Source: Octopus bimaculoides (taxonomy: Eukaryota). From it: a stretch of DNA of 64,000 nucleotides. The translations under genes and the position numbers were made by a program. The stretch is taken from the NCBI RefSeq assembly GCF_001194135.2, contig NC_068981.1, positions 20,335,429 to 20,399,428 on the forward strand, given 5' to 3'. Position 1 is the first letter of the stretch; the number at the start of each line of letters is the position of its first letter. This document shows positions 13,631 to 25,995 of the stretch, piece after piece. Under the pieces are notes generated by a model. That model did no database searches and was not told where the DNA came from. It saw only the letters and a list, made by a program, of their open reading frames with translations.

Positions 13631-15510
13631 GATAAAGTGAGAGCAATAATATATGGTTGTTAAATCCAATTTTCCTCTTTCTCTACTATCCTGTAGTTGA
13701 CAATAACAACAGAAAGTAAATCTAGTTCCTATCACAGATCACATTAAACATAGCAGATAGAAAAGAACACAGCTTATCTATAACCAATCCTTCTGCATTC
13801 TTATTAGATTCCTGCTACTTTCAAGTGTCGATTGTTTCAACTGATAATTGAGAACAAGATGTCATGTTATCAGTAAATGTGCAATTGGCTATTTTCTGCA
13901 ACGACAATACGCTGTACAGCACTTTATCCTAATGTGCTCTACAGAGTATTGTCACTTCAGAAAATTTCTGCACAAGCTCCCTTCCCTCTTCTTTTCAGCC
14001 ACCTACTTCTCCATACAATTTCTTGTTTGCCTATGCTATCTGTATGCTTGATTATCAGTTCTTATACCCTTATATGGTTTCTTTGACATGGACACCTTCT
14101 TCGTGCAGCGTCATCATCCATTGTCATCAATGTCTTCATCATCATCACCACTGACAGGGATGCTCTCTGGTATCCAACATAAAACTTAAACTTTCCAATG
14201 AAAATGTCTTTGGTTCTAGTGAAAAGTTATTTCAACGGAGTTATTAGCTGAGATTTTTAATAAATATCATGGCAGTAGCCTACCATCATCACCAATACTA
14301 TTGTCACTATCAACACCACCACCACCACCTTCATCATCAAACAACACTATCATTGTCACCACCATTGCTACTACCAACACTACCACCAACACTATTGCCA
14401 CTACTCTCATCACCATGACTACTGACACCAACACCAATGTCATTGTTCTCACAAGTCTAGGTTGCTGAGCCTGTTAAAAATAGCAACCAAATCTCCCTCA
14501 AATAGCATGCTATTGTCTCAGGAAAGGAAGGAGTTTATTGCATAATATCCCTAAAATGACAGGATGGTCATGAATGGAATGCCTTTGATCATATGACTTT
14601 CCAATCAGGTTGACCTGGGGCTTAATATCATCATCATCATCATCATCACTTCTACCATCTCCACTAGTTTTACCACTGCCATCATCACCACTTTCACTAG
14701 AACTATCATCTCTATCATTATCATTATTATTGTCAGCATTTCTATCACCCTACAACTACTACTACCACTATTACCATCAACATTATCATCATCACCACCA
14801 CTATCATCAGCACCATTCCACCAGTGTCCTTGCCACTATCACTACTATCATCACCACTAGCATCAATACTAGTACCGTTATCATCATCACTACCACGGTT
14901 GCCTGATCTGTCTGTCCTGTCAGCATCAAATGACTGTCTGTTTGTCTGCCCACTCAACATTAGTGAACGGTGTCTATCTATCCAGTCAACCTTAATGGGC
15001 TGTGTCTATTTAAACAAATTTGTCTTATTTGTCTACCCAGTCAACAATAATAGACTATCAGTTTGTTTATCTAACTAATCAACATCAATAGACCTGACCC
15101 ATCTATATATTTGTTTACTTAATACCATTAGACTGTCTCTTTCTATCTAACTAGTTATTTCTATATATCTATCAAGTCAACATCAATGGACTATCTGTCT
15201 GTCTGGCTTTTTATCTACCTACCTTCTACTTGTTTATTTATCTGTCAGTCTGTCAGTCAATCTGTCTATCCATCTATCCAATCATCACCATTGGACTTTG
15301 TTTATCTGTTTGTCTCTCTATCTAATCAACATCAATCACCTGTATCATATAAACAGGATTGGTTAGATACAAACTGTGTTCTTTTCTATTTGCTACATTT
15401 AATATGATCTGTGACAGGAACTAGATTTACTCTGTTATTGTCAACTACAGGACAGTATAGAGAGAAGAAAATTGGATTTAACAACCATACGTTATTATTT
15501 TCACTTTATC
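13631..15510. repeat. Inverted repeat pair, arms 13631-13790 and 15356-15510
   Basis: Manual alignment of the reverse-complemented left arm to the right arm gives roughly 85 percent identity over about 160 bp. Confidence 0.9.
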
Positions 15511-15769
15511 AGATGCATTCACACAAGCATAACACATATCATGCTAACACATACACAGATACAAATGCACATTGAAGCATATGAACATAAGCATAAGAAA
15601 ATGGTTAAATTGTTTGCTTAGCAACCATGTGGTTTCAGGTTCAATCCCACTGCATGACATCTTGGACAAATGTTTTCTACCATGACATCATGATGAGCAA
15701 TGTCTTGTGAGTGTAAATAGGTAGATAGAAAGTGTGCAAAAACCTGTCATTTAAATTCATATGCATGTA

Positions 15770-16093
15770 CGTGCCCGTGGCACGTGTAAGGACTTTCGAG
15801 CGAGATCGTTGTCAGTGCCTCTGGACTGGCTCTTGTGCGGGTGGCACGTAAAATACACCATTTTGAGCGTGGCCGTTGCCAGTATCACCTGACTGGCCTT
15901 CGTGCCAGTGGCACATAAAAGCACCCACTACACTCTTGGAGTGGTTGGCGTTAGGAAGGGCATCCAGCTGTAGAAACTCTGCCAGATCAGATTGGAGCCT
16001 GGTGTAGCCATCTGGTTCGCCAATCCTCAGTCAAATCGTCCAACCCATGCTAACATGGAAAGCGGACGTTAAACGATGATGATGATGATGATG
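15770..16093 (+). mobile_element. RTE-type LINE 3' UTR/tail
   Basis: gttggcgttaggaagggcatccagctgtagaaac...aacccatgctaacatggaaagcggacgttaaacga(tga)n. The same tail is joined to RTE RT coding sequence at about 50.5 kb. Confidence 0.75.
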
Positions 16094-16244
16094 ANNNNNN
16101 NNNNNNNNNNNNNNNNNNNNNNNNNNNNNNNNNNNNNNNNNNNNNNNNNNNNNNNNNNNNNNNNNNNNNNNNNNNNNNNNNNNNNNNNNNNNNNNNNNNN
16201 NNNNNNNNNNNNNNNNNNNNNNNNNNNNNNNNNNNNNNNNNNNN

Positions 16245-16525
16245 CAGTGCCTCTGGACTGGCTCTTGTGCGGGTGGCACGTAAAATACACCATTTTGAGC
16301 GTGGCCGTTGCCAGTATCACCTGACTGGCCTTCGTGCCAGTGGCACATAAAAGCACCCACTACACTCTTGGAGTGGTTGGCGTTAGGAAGGGCATCCAGC
16401 TGTAGAAACTCTGCCAGATCAGATTGGAGCCTGGTGTAGCCATCTGGTTCGCCAATCCTCAGTCAAATCGTCCAACCCATGCTAACATGGAAAGCGGACG
16501 TTAAACGATGATGATGATGATGATG
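16245..16525 (+). mobile_element. Apparently identical copy of 15813-16093 across an N gap
   Basis: No difference seen by eye, offset 432 bp; flanks gap 16094-16244. Probably a false assembly duplication. Confidence 0.75.
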
Positions 16526-17404
16526 AAATTTACATTTTTACAGATATCAAAAGTTGACAGTTTATTCTGAGTGTTGCTCTTTGGTGTTTGATTTATCTGT
16601 TTTTCTATCCATCCATCCATCCCTCCAGCCATCCATTCTTTCAACATGAGTGGGCTATGTGTAGTCAGTAGTGAACAGCCAAGAGTGAAACTCAGAGTTA
16701 GCTGTCAACTTCTGATAGGCATGGTTGTGTAGCTGAGAAGTTTAGTTCCTAGCTGCTTGGATTCAGGTTCAGTCTAACTGCACATTACTTTGTCGAAGTT
16801 TCTTCGGCTAAAGTCTTGAGCCAACCAAAGTCTCATGACTGAATTTGATAGATGAGAACTGAGAGAATCCTACCCTCTGTGCAGGTGTGTGTGTGCTTGT
16901 CTTCTTATTGTATGATGGTTGCAAATGAGCATCGCTGTCACTCAAGCAGCATCATTAATTTCTAATCATTCATGTAAACATGTCCAGCCATCAGAGAATA
17001 TTACTTTGCTTGGAAACAGGTGAGGATTAGAAACAAGAAGGGAATCCAGCTGCCTTAACAAATTCTATCTGACCCATGCAAGCATGGAAAAGTAGCCATT
17101 AAAGCAATGACGATGGTGTTGTGATGTGTGTGTGTGTGTGTGCATATGTCTGTGTTTGTTTACATCTGCCATTTTTGGGACAAAAGTGTGGTGAGTGATG
17201 TTGTTTTCAGTTTCTCCTATCAATAATTATCCAGGCATTGCATGCCCTCAAAGCCATGGGAACAGGTGATGATCCCCTTTATCAGAAACAAGTAAAAGGT
17301 TAGTGTCAGAAAGAGCATCCAACTGTAAAGCATTGTCTCAAATAACATTCATCTAACCCATGCAAGCTTGGAAAAACCGGCATAAAAATGAAGATATATA
17401 TATA

Positions 17405-17588
17405 TTCAGATAGATGGCCCTGCTCAGTATGTAGAAAAGGAGTAGGTAGTAACTCTATAAGATGTACCCGGTGCAAGCTATGGACACATAAGAGGTGCAG
17501 CAACATCAAAGGCAGGTTAACTAGCAAGTTAGTTTTTGTTTGTGGCAGATGTTCAGGTGCAATAAAAACTGTAAACAAACAGGAAACA
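17405..17588 (+). mobile_element. RTE LINE ORF fragment with C4HC3 PHD-like finger
   Basis: RWPCSVCRKGVGSNSIRCTRCKLWTHKRCSNIKGRLTSKLVFVCGRC. The homologous piece at about 61.3 kb is directly preceded by RT sequence (KQGLESKSLRVNLSKTKVL). Runs into the gap at 17589. Confidence 0.8.
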
Positions 17589-20149
17589 NNNNNNNNNNNN
17601 NNNNNNNNNNNNNNNNNNNNNNNNNNNNNNNNNNNNNNNNNNNNNNNNNNNNNNNNNNNNNNNNNNNNNNNNNNNNNNNNNNNNNNNNNNNNNNNNNNNN
17701 NNNNNNNNNNNNNNNNNNNNNNNNNNNNNNNNNNNNNNNNNNNNNNNNNNNNNNNNNNNNNNNNNNNNNNNNNNNNNNNNNNNNNNNNNNNNNNNNNNNN
17801 NNNNNNNNNNNNNNNNNNNNNNNNNNNNNNNNNNNNNNNNNNNNNNNNNNNNNNNNNNNNNNNNNNNNNNNNNNNNNNNNNNNNNNNNNNNNNNNNNNNN
17901 NNNNNNNNNNNNNNNNNNNNNNNNNNNNNNNNNNNNNNNNNNNNNNNNNNNNNNNNNNNNNNNNNNNNNNNNNNNNNNNNNNNNNNNNNNNNNNNNNNNN
18001 NNNNNNNNNNNNNNNNNNNNNNNNNNNNNNNNNNNNNNNNNNNNNNNNNNNNNNNNNNNNNNNNNNNNNNNNNNNNNNNNNNNNNNNNNNNNNNNNNNNT
18101 TGGATATAGGTTAGAAACTGGCTCTTTCTCTATTGGCAAGAAATCTTCAAATAAACTGAATAATGACATACATAACATTACATTACATTACATTCGCTTA
18201 CACACACATACACAACTGTGGGAAACTGGTTGAAAAATCAGTGCTATTGAACAAAAATACATGTGTGGTATATATTTCATCCACATTGCACAGTCCTTCG
18301 TTTTTGACTTTCATCATCAAAAATTCAGCGAACTAGCAATTGCTCCATTGGAAACCTATGACCAATAAATGCTGTTGTTCATAAAATGCATGATGTTAAA
18401 TAAATAAACATATGAAGTTTCATATAGTTACTTAATGTCAGCTTTCCAGATACTGTTTGCAAATTTTGGGGACCTTCTATCTCCACCAAGATATTATCAA
18501 GATAACAAGAGAGACTCTGCAGTCACTCACTCTTATAAAGATAGCAACCAAATTTCCTTTGAATCACAGCCTACTATCATCAATAAAGAAAGGATGTTAT
18601 AGTAGACAATGTAGTTCTGTATATCCCTAAAAAAGTAAAAAAGCTGGAATGCCTCGGATATCAGAGTTGAGCAGGGACTACATATCAACAATGAAGAAAT
18701 TGTCATTCCTTCACCTTCAAATTATTCATTACTCATTTCTAAATTATTAGACTGTTAACAGAGATACAAATGAAGTATATATAGTTATGATACTGTGGAC
18801 AAGTTTACATCTGTCACGAGGCTTTTTTTTTTAACAATTCTGAATGAAAGCTAAAGTAATATCCATTATAAAGATATAAAAAAAAAAGCTGCAATTTCCT
18901 CTGTTCTTATTATGCATCATTCAAGTATTTTGAGGGATTTTCTCTGCTAAATCCCTATTGTCATTGTGGTGTAAGAACAGTAGAAAGATGGAATTTGATC
19001 AATGAAATGTCAACTAGAATTGTTCCTGTGGAATGTTTTAGAACCATCAGTAGTTACTAGGGACCTTTGCCACCCAACACCTTTATTGTAATATCTCCTC
19101 CTCCTCTCACTCACACTGACTCTCCTTTCTCTTCTGTATTTGAATCTTATGCTTATTTGAATCCTCCAAATTGAAACTGTTAAATACCTTTAACTTTTAT
19201 CACCAACGCTCTTAATTATCTTTCAAAACCAGTTTTTCTTTTCATTTCAAGAAAATAGCTTTTGCACCTATTGTTCTCTCGACTCCTTACTTGTATTGTA
19301 GCTTTCTATTAACCATGAGAATAATACCTCTCTCTAATTTCTTCTTCTTCCTGAATTGTCCAATTAATCTTCGAAAACTGCCATTTTGTTATAGTTTCTG
19401 TTTTTTTCTTGAGGGTTTTTCTTCTCTTTTTTTATGACATCAAATCTCCTACACAGTTGTTAAAAGTTATCCAATAATTATTAGTTTAAATGACTTCATC
19501 CTGATGACAACACTCAACCTCATAACATTGTTAATTGACTACAGCTTATTGTCATACCCACACAAAGACTTCTTTTTCTTTTTTTTTCAATTATTTTTAT
19601 GTTAAAGATATTCCAATTTAGTTTATTGTTTAACTTTTAAACTATTTGTATTTACTGAATTATTTTAAAAAGAATATTTCTCAACAACTGCTTAATGACC
19701 TTATACTAAGTTTAAAATAATAGCTCAGTAGTGTGTCTAAATAATAGTCTCTGATATTGCCACCACAGAGGTACAGGATATTACCATCACAGTGGTATGA
19801 AATATTACCATCACAGTAAAGCAGATAATAACTCAACTGTAAAAACACAATAAATTACTGGCATGGTTGCAAACTTTCAGAAATGTAATTATTAAAAATA
19901 TCGCACTTATTTTCTTTTCACATTATTGTTGAACCAAACTCCTGGAAAAATTCAATATTTAAATCAATATTAGTAAAATATTTTCTTCTCACTATATTAA
20001 AATATATTTATCAACAAATCACTTAATTTCCTCCCTCTTTCCAAATCCTAAACGACTTCTATTTCTCAATATATATCTGCTGTATTGTTCTCGAAAATGT
20101 TATTGTCTATTCTATTTCGTTAAACAATTTGAGATTTATGATATTCTTT

Positions 20150-20870
20150 TGATAGAATATGTTGCATAGTATTGTGTGAAGAGGAATATGCTTGATAGTA
20201 TTGCATTTAATAGAATTATGAAAATAGTATTGTGTATAAAAAGAATGTGTTTGATAGTATCAGGTTAGATAGGAATATGTTTGATAGTGTTGTGTAGAAT
20301 ACTATCTCTGAAAGTATTGTGTTTTAATTGCAGTGTGGATAATAGGAATGTGATAGTGTAGTATTTCATAGTATAGCTATGTTTGATAGCAATGTTTTTG
20401 TTGTAGTATTGATAGAATATATTTCATATTACTGTAATTGATAAAATATTTTTGTTACCATTATGTTTAAAATGCAATATCTTCGATAGTTTCATAGTAT
20501 TGTGTTTAATTGAATAGTATTACTTGACATTTATTAATTGATAGTAGTGTGCTTGATAGAATATGTGTTTGATTGTATAATAATTGACATTTTTGATAAT
20601 ATAAGTGTTGGATATTATAATATTGATATTGTGTTTAACATAATCAATTATTATTATTATTAAAGACATTTAGCAAACCCAGTATTATCAAACAATACTA
20701 TCAAAAATATTCTATCAAACACAATATTACCAAACATTCTGTCATGTACAGTACTATCAAATATAATACTTTCAAACATCATAGTACAAAGATATAAAGT
20801 AAACATATTCTTATCAAATAATACTATGAAGCATTCTTTCAAACTCAGTATTGTCAATTGTGTTTGATAG
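20150..20870. repeat. Degenerate AT-rich minisatellite (ttgatagtattgtgt-like units) with an inverted block
   Basis: + strand units at 20150-20640; reverse-complement units (aatactatcaaa) at 20670-20840. Confidence 0.65.
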
Positions 20871-20891
20871 CTTGATTCTATTATGTGGCAT

Positions 20892-21279
20892 AGTGGAGGT
20901 GCAATGGCCCAGTGGTTAGGGCAGCTGACTCGTGGTCATAGGATCGCAGTTTCGATTCCCAGACCGAGTGTTGTGAGTGTTTATTGAGCGAAAACATCTA
21001 AAGCTCCATGAGGCTCTGGCAGGGGATGGTGGCGAACCCTGCTGTACTCTTTCACCACAACTTTCTCTCACTCTTTCTTCCTGTTTCTGTTGTGCCTGTA
21101 ATTCAAAGGGCCAGCCTTGTCACACTGTGTCACGCTGAATATCCCCGAGAACTACGTTAAGGGTACATGTGTCTGTGGAGTGCTCAGCCACTTGCACGTT
21201 AATTTCATGAGCAGGCTGTTCCGTTGATCGAATCAACTGGAACCCTCGACATCGTAAGCGACGGAGTGCCAACAACAAC
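20892..21279 (+). mobile_element. tRNA-derived SINE, family A, full length
   Basis: Same sequence as the 5006 copy; TSD attatgtggcat at 20880-20891 and 21280-21291. Confidence 0.9.
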
Positions 21280-21726
21280 ATTATGTGGCATGATATTGTT
21301 TGATAGTATTGTGTCTGATGTGGATTAGCAGTTGACTGCATGTCAGACTAAATTACCTTTATGTTCTGATTCAAATCCCTCTGAGGTCAACTCTGCCTTT
21401 CATCCTTTCAGGATCATTAACATAAAGTACCAGTCAAGTACTGGGGTTGATCTATTTCAGTATAACATCCCACCTTTCACATGCATTCATAGATTTGTGC
21501 CAGTGCTAGAAAAGCATAATGCTTTAACGTCCACTTTTTCCATAGGTTGGACAGAATTTACTGTGGAAGATTTTCTACAGATAAATGTCTTTCTTGTCAC
21601 CAATGCTCTATTGTTTCCAAGCAAGATACTATTTCTTCACAACCAAACATGTTCTCACAGAATATTGAGAATGAATGACACTGCTTGTATGACAGTGAGA
21701 ATTATTTACAACTATTATACAACTAT

Positions 21727-21901
21727 TAGGCGCAGAAGTGGCTGTGTGGTAAGTAGCTTGCATACCAACCACATGGTTCCGGGTTCATTCCCACTGCGTG
21801 GCACCTTGGGCAAGTGTCTTCTACTATAGCCTCGGGCCGACCAAAGCCTTGTGAGTGGATTTGGTAGACGGAAACTGGAAGAAGCTCATCGTATATATAT
21901 G

Positions 21902-21956
<55 letters not shown>

Positions 21957-22183
21957 ATGTATGTGTGTGTATATGTTTGTGTGTCTGTGTTTGTCCCCCC
22001 AACATCGCTTGACAACCGATGTTGGTGTGTTTACGTCCCCGTAGCCTAGCAGTTCGGCAAAAGAGACTGACAGAATAAGTACTAGGCCTCCAAAGAATAA
22101 GTCCTGGGGTCGATTTTTTTGCTCGACTAAAGCCGGTGCTTCAGCATGGCCGCAGTCAAATGACTGAAACAAGTAAAAGAGTA
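21727..22183 (+). mobile_element. tRNA-derived SINE, family B, expanded internal (TA)n
   Basis: Aligns with 183-582; longer internal microsatellite at about 21890-21985. Confidence 0.85.
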
Positions 22184-24765
22184 AAAGAGAAGAAGAGTAA
22201 TGTGAGACAAGGAGACACAAACATATACACACAATCACAAACATGCACATGTGCTTGCACATACATTACATTACACTACACACACACACACACAACAGGC
22301 TTCTTTCAGTTTTTGTCTCCTAAATTCACTCACAAAGCTTTGGTCAGCCCATAGCTGTAGAAGATACTTGCATAAGGTACCATGCAGTGAGAGTGAATCT
22401 GAAATCATGTGGTTAAGGAAGCAGAATTCTTAATCACTCAGCCATTCCTGTGCCTTAAATTATTCAAATATTTGTGAATTATATGTGTCATATCAGTCAT
22501 AACAATAAAGTTATTGCAAATATAATCTTAATAATAATATCATTATAATTCTGTATTTCAATACAGAATTAAAAGTGACAAATTCAAGGGTTTTTTTGTG
22601 GGTTAGGCGTGCACTTTATTTTCTATGATAATAGAGTTACTTTTTGCTTTTACCGTATTTGTACATGTTTCTGTATGTTTTCCATTTCTCATACTATTAT
22701 GAGTGTGTTCTTTAAAACTCGAAACTGATGATTAGGATTAAATCCTCACAAGTTTTCATTGCAGACATAATAGACTCTCTCTGTCTCACCAAGAAAGGAA
22801 CCCTAAAAGTAAGATAACTTGGTTAATCTAAGGACACTATCTTTCTTTGAATTTTAAATCTTCTTATTGGATTTTTTTTTTGTCTAATTTGTCACAGAAA
22901 CACATATTTCTGCCATCATGTAGGTCAAGTTCTATTTTCTGTCTTTATTTTATTTCTAATGTATATCTTTGCGTGGGAACTACATTCTGGTTTAAAATGG
23001 TAATATTTGTTTAAACATCTGATAGATGATTACATTCTAGAATATTTTAGACTTCCAATGAATAAATAAACACAGCTCAATCAGAAGTGATATATTTATA
23101 TTCTTATTTTCTAATTAGAAATGGTCGATTCTATTCCGAGTGTCCCTTCACACACTATAGACTTTTCTTGTTCTCTCAATAAAAACAAAAATACACTCAC
23201 TAAGATTTGCTCCAAGAAGTTGTAATGTCCTTTCTTCATTCTCTCGATGTTTATGCTATTATAATTCTTCTTCATATTCCTGGTTATACTTGCAATATTT
23301 ATATATTTTGTAAATTTATTCAAACTTTACATTAAAAAACAGAAACATTTTAAAATAAACAATTTTGTGTGATTTATTAATGGTATAAATTAAATATTTA
23401 AGTCTGCTGCAAAAAAACAGAAACCAAAAAATTCCCTTTGGATGACTCAGAAAGTAATTTTGTCATGACTTAATATCACATGACAGCTAATGGCTCTCTG
23501 ACTTTTCTCACTGCTTCAGATTTTAAAAAATACAAAAATTTATAGCTTAGTCAGAAGATGAAGAGCAGTGCTCATAGCTCTTTGTCAGGGTTTCTGAGGA
23601 GGAGGAAAAGAAGTTAACTTATGACTAAATGCTGGTGAATGAATGGACCCTAGTAAAGGCCCCCAAGGGCCAGTGATAATATTATCCCAAGCAACAGGTT
23701 ACATTTACATTCCAAGAACAGAAATGATTCCTATGACAAGCTTATGCATTCTTTCTTCAACCAAATTTCATTCCCAAGCTTTTAGTGAATCTGGGAATTT
23801 GAAAAAAAAAACACTTTGCTCAAGGTGCAACACAGCAGTTTTGAACTTCAAATAAAGTAGTTATAAAGCAAGCCTCTTACCACTCAACTACACCTGCATC
23901 ATTTATCCAACCCTGTTTCCATATTGCCTATCTTCTTACCCTGTAAAATTGCATAATATCACTTCACTAAGAAATTTCAAACACATTCAATCCAAACTAA
24001 TTGTCCTTCCTTCTTCCTGTGTCACACACAATCAAAAGTCCTTCCTTGATCCAACTCCTTTGGTGTGGATTACCAGATTGCACTGAGGAATTGTTTCTTC
24101 GTTAATGAGCCTATAATAATATTAATTTCTTCTATCACTCAATCTTGCTCTTTGATTTCTCCGAAGAATTTTGATTTAATGTTTATTACATGTATCTTTC
24201 TAGAATATTCTCTATGTTGCAATGAAATTCTAAAGAATTTCACTATAATCTATATAATTAGCTTTTTCAGCCATATTTAATGTTTCTTTATGCTTAGAAT
24301 TCTATTAAAGATTTTAAAAATAACAATGTTAAGTTCTCAACTCCTATGAGACTACTATGCCAATGCTGATTTGAAATTTTTTAATAAAAAAAAAAATTCC
24401 ACTTTTCTATAAATTAGAACATATTTTCATGCTTAACGCCAATTTTTAGCAATAAAACCATTTTCTACATTCAGTTCCAATAATGAATTCACTATCTCTT
24501 ACATCCAACCTTACATTTTACATTAAGATGCTTTATATCATTGAAAATGATAAATATGTAATGCTTTAGAGGTGTCTAGCCTAGAAAAAAAATGAAACAA
24601 ATTCCTAAACATATATTTCAAATAGGAAATAAGATCAAAACATGTTGAAGTTTAACCATGTTGTGTGCAATATTAGATAGATACATCCCTAATACTTTCA
24701 TTCTGCTGACGAAGTAAATATAAATTCAAAAGTAATATAAAATGGCAGTGGTTTTGTTGTTACTG

Positions 24766-24797
<32 letters not shown>

Positions 24798-25050
24798 GGT
24801 GGTAGTGGTAATGGTGGCAGCGGCACTGCTGCTGGCGCTGGTGCAGGTGGTATGAGTAATCCTAGTTAGTGAGTTAGTTGGACAGTATGTTGTTGTGTCA
24901 GTGTGGTATGAATGTGTTGTTAGTGAGTTTTTGATGCAATGTCTGTGTTATAATAGCATGTTGTTGATATGTGTCAGTGTGGTAATAGTATATTGTTAAT
25001 GTGCTGGTGTAATAATCCTATACTGTTAATGTGACTCAGTGAGGTATCAT

Positions 25051-25120
25051 CAGTGTGTCGCATATGTGTATCAGAGTGTCGCATATGTGTATCAGTGTGT
25101 TGCATATGTGTATCAGTGTG
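25051..25120. repeat. 21-bp tandem repeat, about 3.3 copies
   Basis: cagtgtgtcgcatatgtgtat units starting at 25051, 25072 and 25093. Confidence 0.85.
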
Positions 25121-25611
25121 ATATCAATGCATTAGCAAATGTGTATCAAAGTGTTTTTAGTATATGGTTAGTGTGTCTTGTATGTGTTATTTCAGTTTGT
25201 TGGTAGAGTTTTATCATTGTGTGGTAAATGTGTGTCACAGTATGTTACTTCATTATCCCTATTGTTGTTAGTGTGTTCTCAAGATAATGTTGGCGTCTAA
25301 GTGAAAGTGATGAAGTATGTTGTGCCAGTGAGCTGTTACAGCATTATTGTCAGCTCCTCCCCTCCAAAGTTAAATTTTGCAAGGCAGTGCAAGACTACTT
25401 TTGCACCTTTCCATTTCCCCCACTTATCCCTTTCTTGAAATTCAAGAAGACCACAACAGTGAGGGTAGATTGTTTTGGGGGGAGGGGGACTTGTCAGATA
25501 TTCATAGAGTTGGGGAGTCATTACCTTGCCTTATAGAGCCCTGGACTGATATACAGGCTGAACCTCACTTTTTTTAGAGTTGTATTATTGTTGTTATGTA
25601 GCTTCAGGTCA

Positions 25612-25995
25612 GTGGAGGCGCAATGGCCCAGTGGTTAGGGCAGCGGACTCGCGGTCATAGGATCGCAGTTTCGATTCCCAGACCAGGCGTTGTGAGTGTT
25701 TATTGAGCGAAAATATCTAAAGCTCCACGAGGCTCTGGCAGGGGATGGTGGCGAACCCTGCTGTACTCTTTCACCACAACTTTCTCTCGCTCTTACTTCC
25801 TGTTTCCGTTGTGCCTGTAATTCAAAGGGTCAGCCTTGTCACACTGTGTCACGCTGAATATCCCTGAGAACTACGTTAAGGGTACACGTGTCTGTGGAGT
25901 GCTCAGCCACTTGCACGTTAATTTCACGAGCAGGCTCTTCCGTTGATCGGATCAACTGGAACCCTCGACGTCGTAAGCGACGGGGTGCCAACAAC
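25612..25995 (+). mobile_element. tRNA-derived SINE, family A, full length
   Basis: Same family; TSD agct(t/c)caggtca at 25600-25611 and 25996-26007, one mismatch. Confidence 0.9.

Noticed and set aside
18340-18390. Minus-strand NNSIYWS*VSNGAI, YWTD-like
   Set aside because: The paralog at 9.2 kb is open in a different frame; this reading depends on a 1-nt insertion.
22715-22760. CTGATGA followed by hairpin aggat-taa-atcct, hammerhead-like
   Set aside because: No GAAA box or stem III after stem II; at best a decayed remnant.
24742-24870. GTT/GGT/GCT tract translating as a hydrophobic or Gly-rich peptide
   Set aside because: Trinucleotide microsatellite gradient; no splice or homology support.
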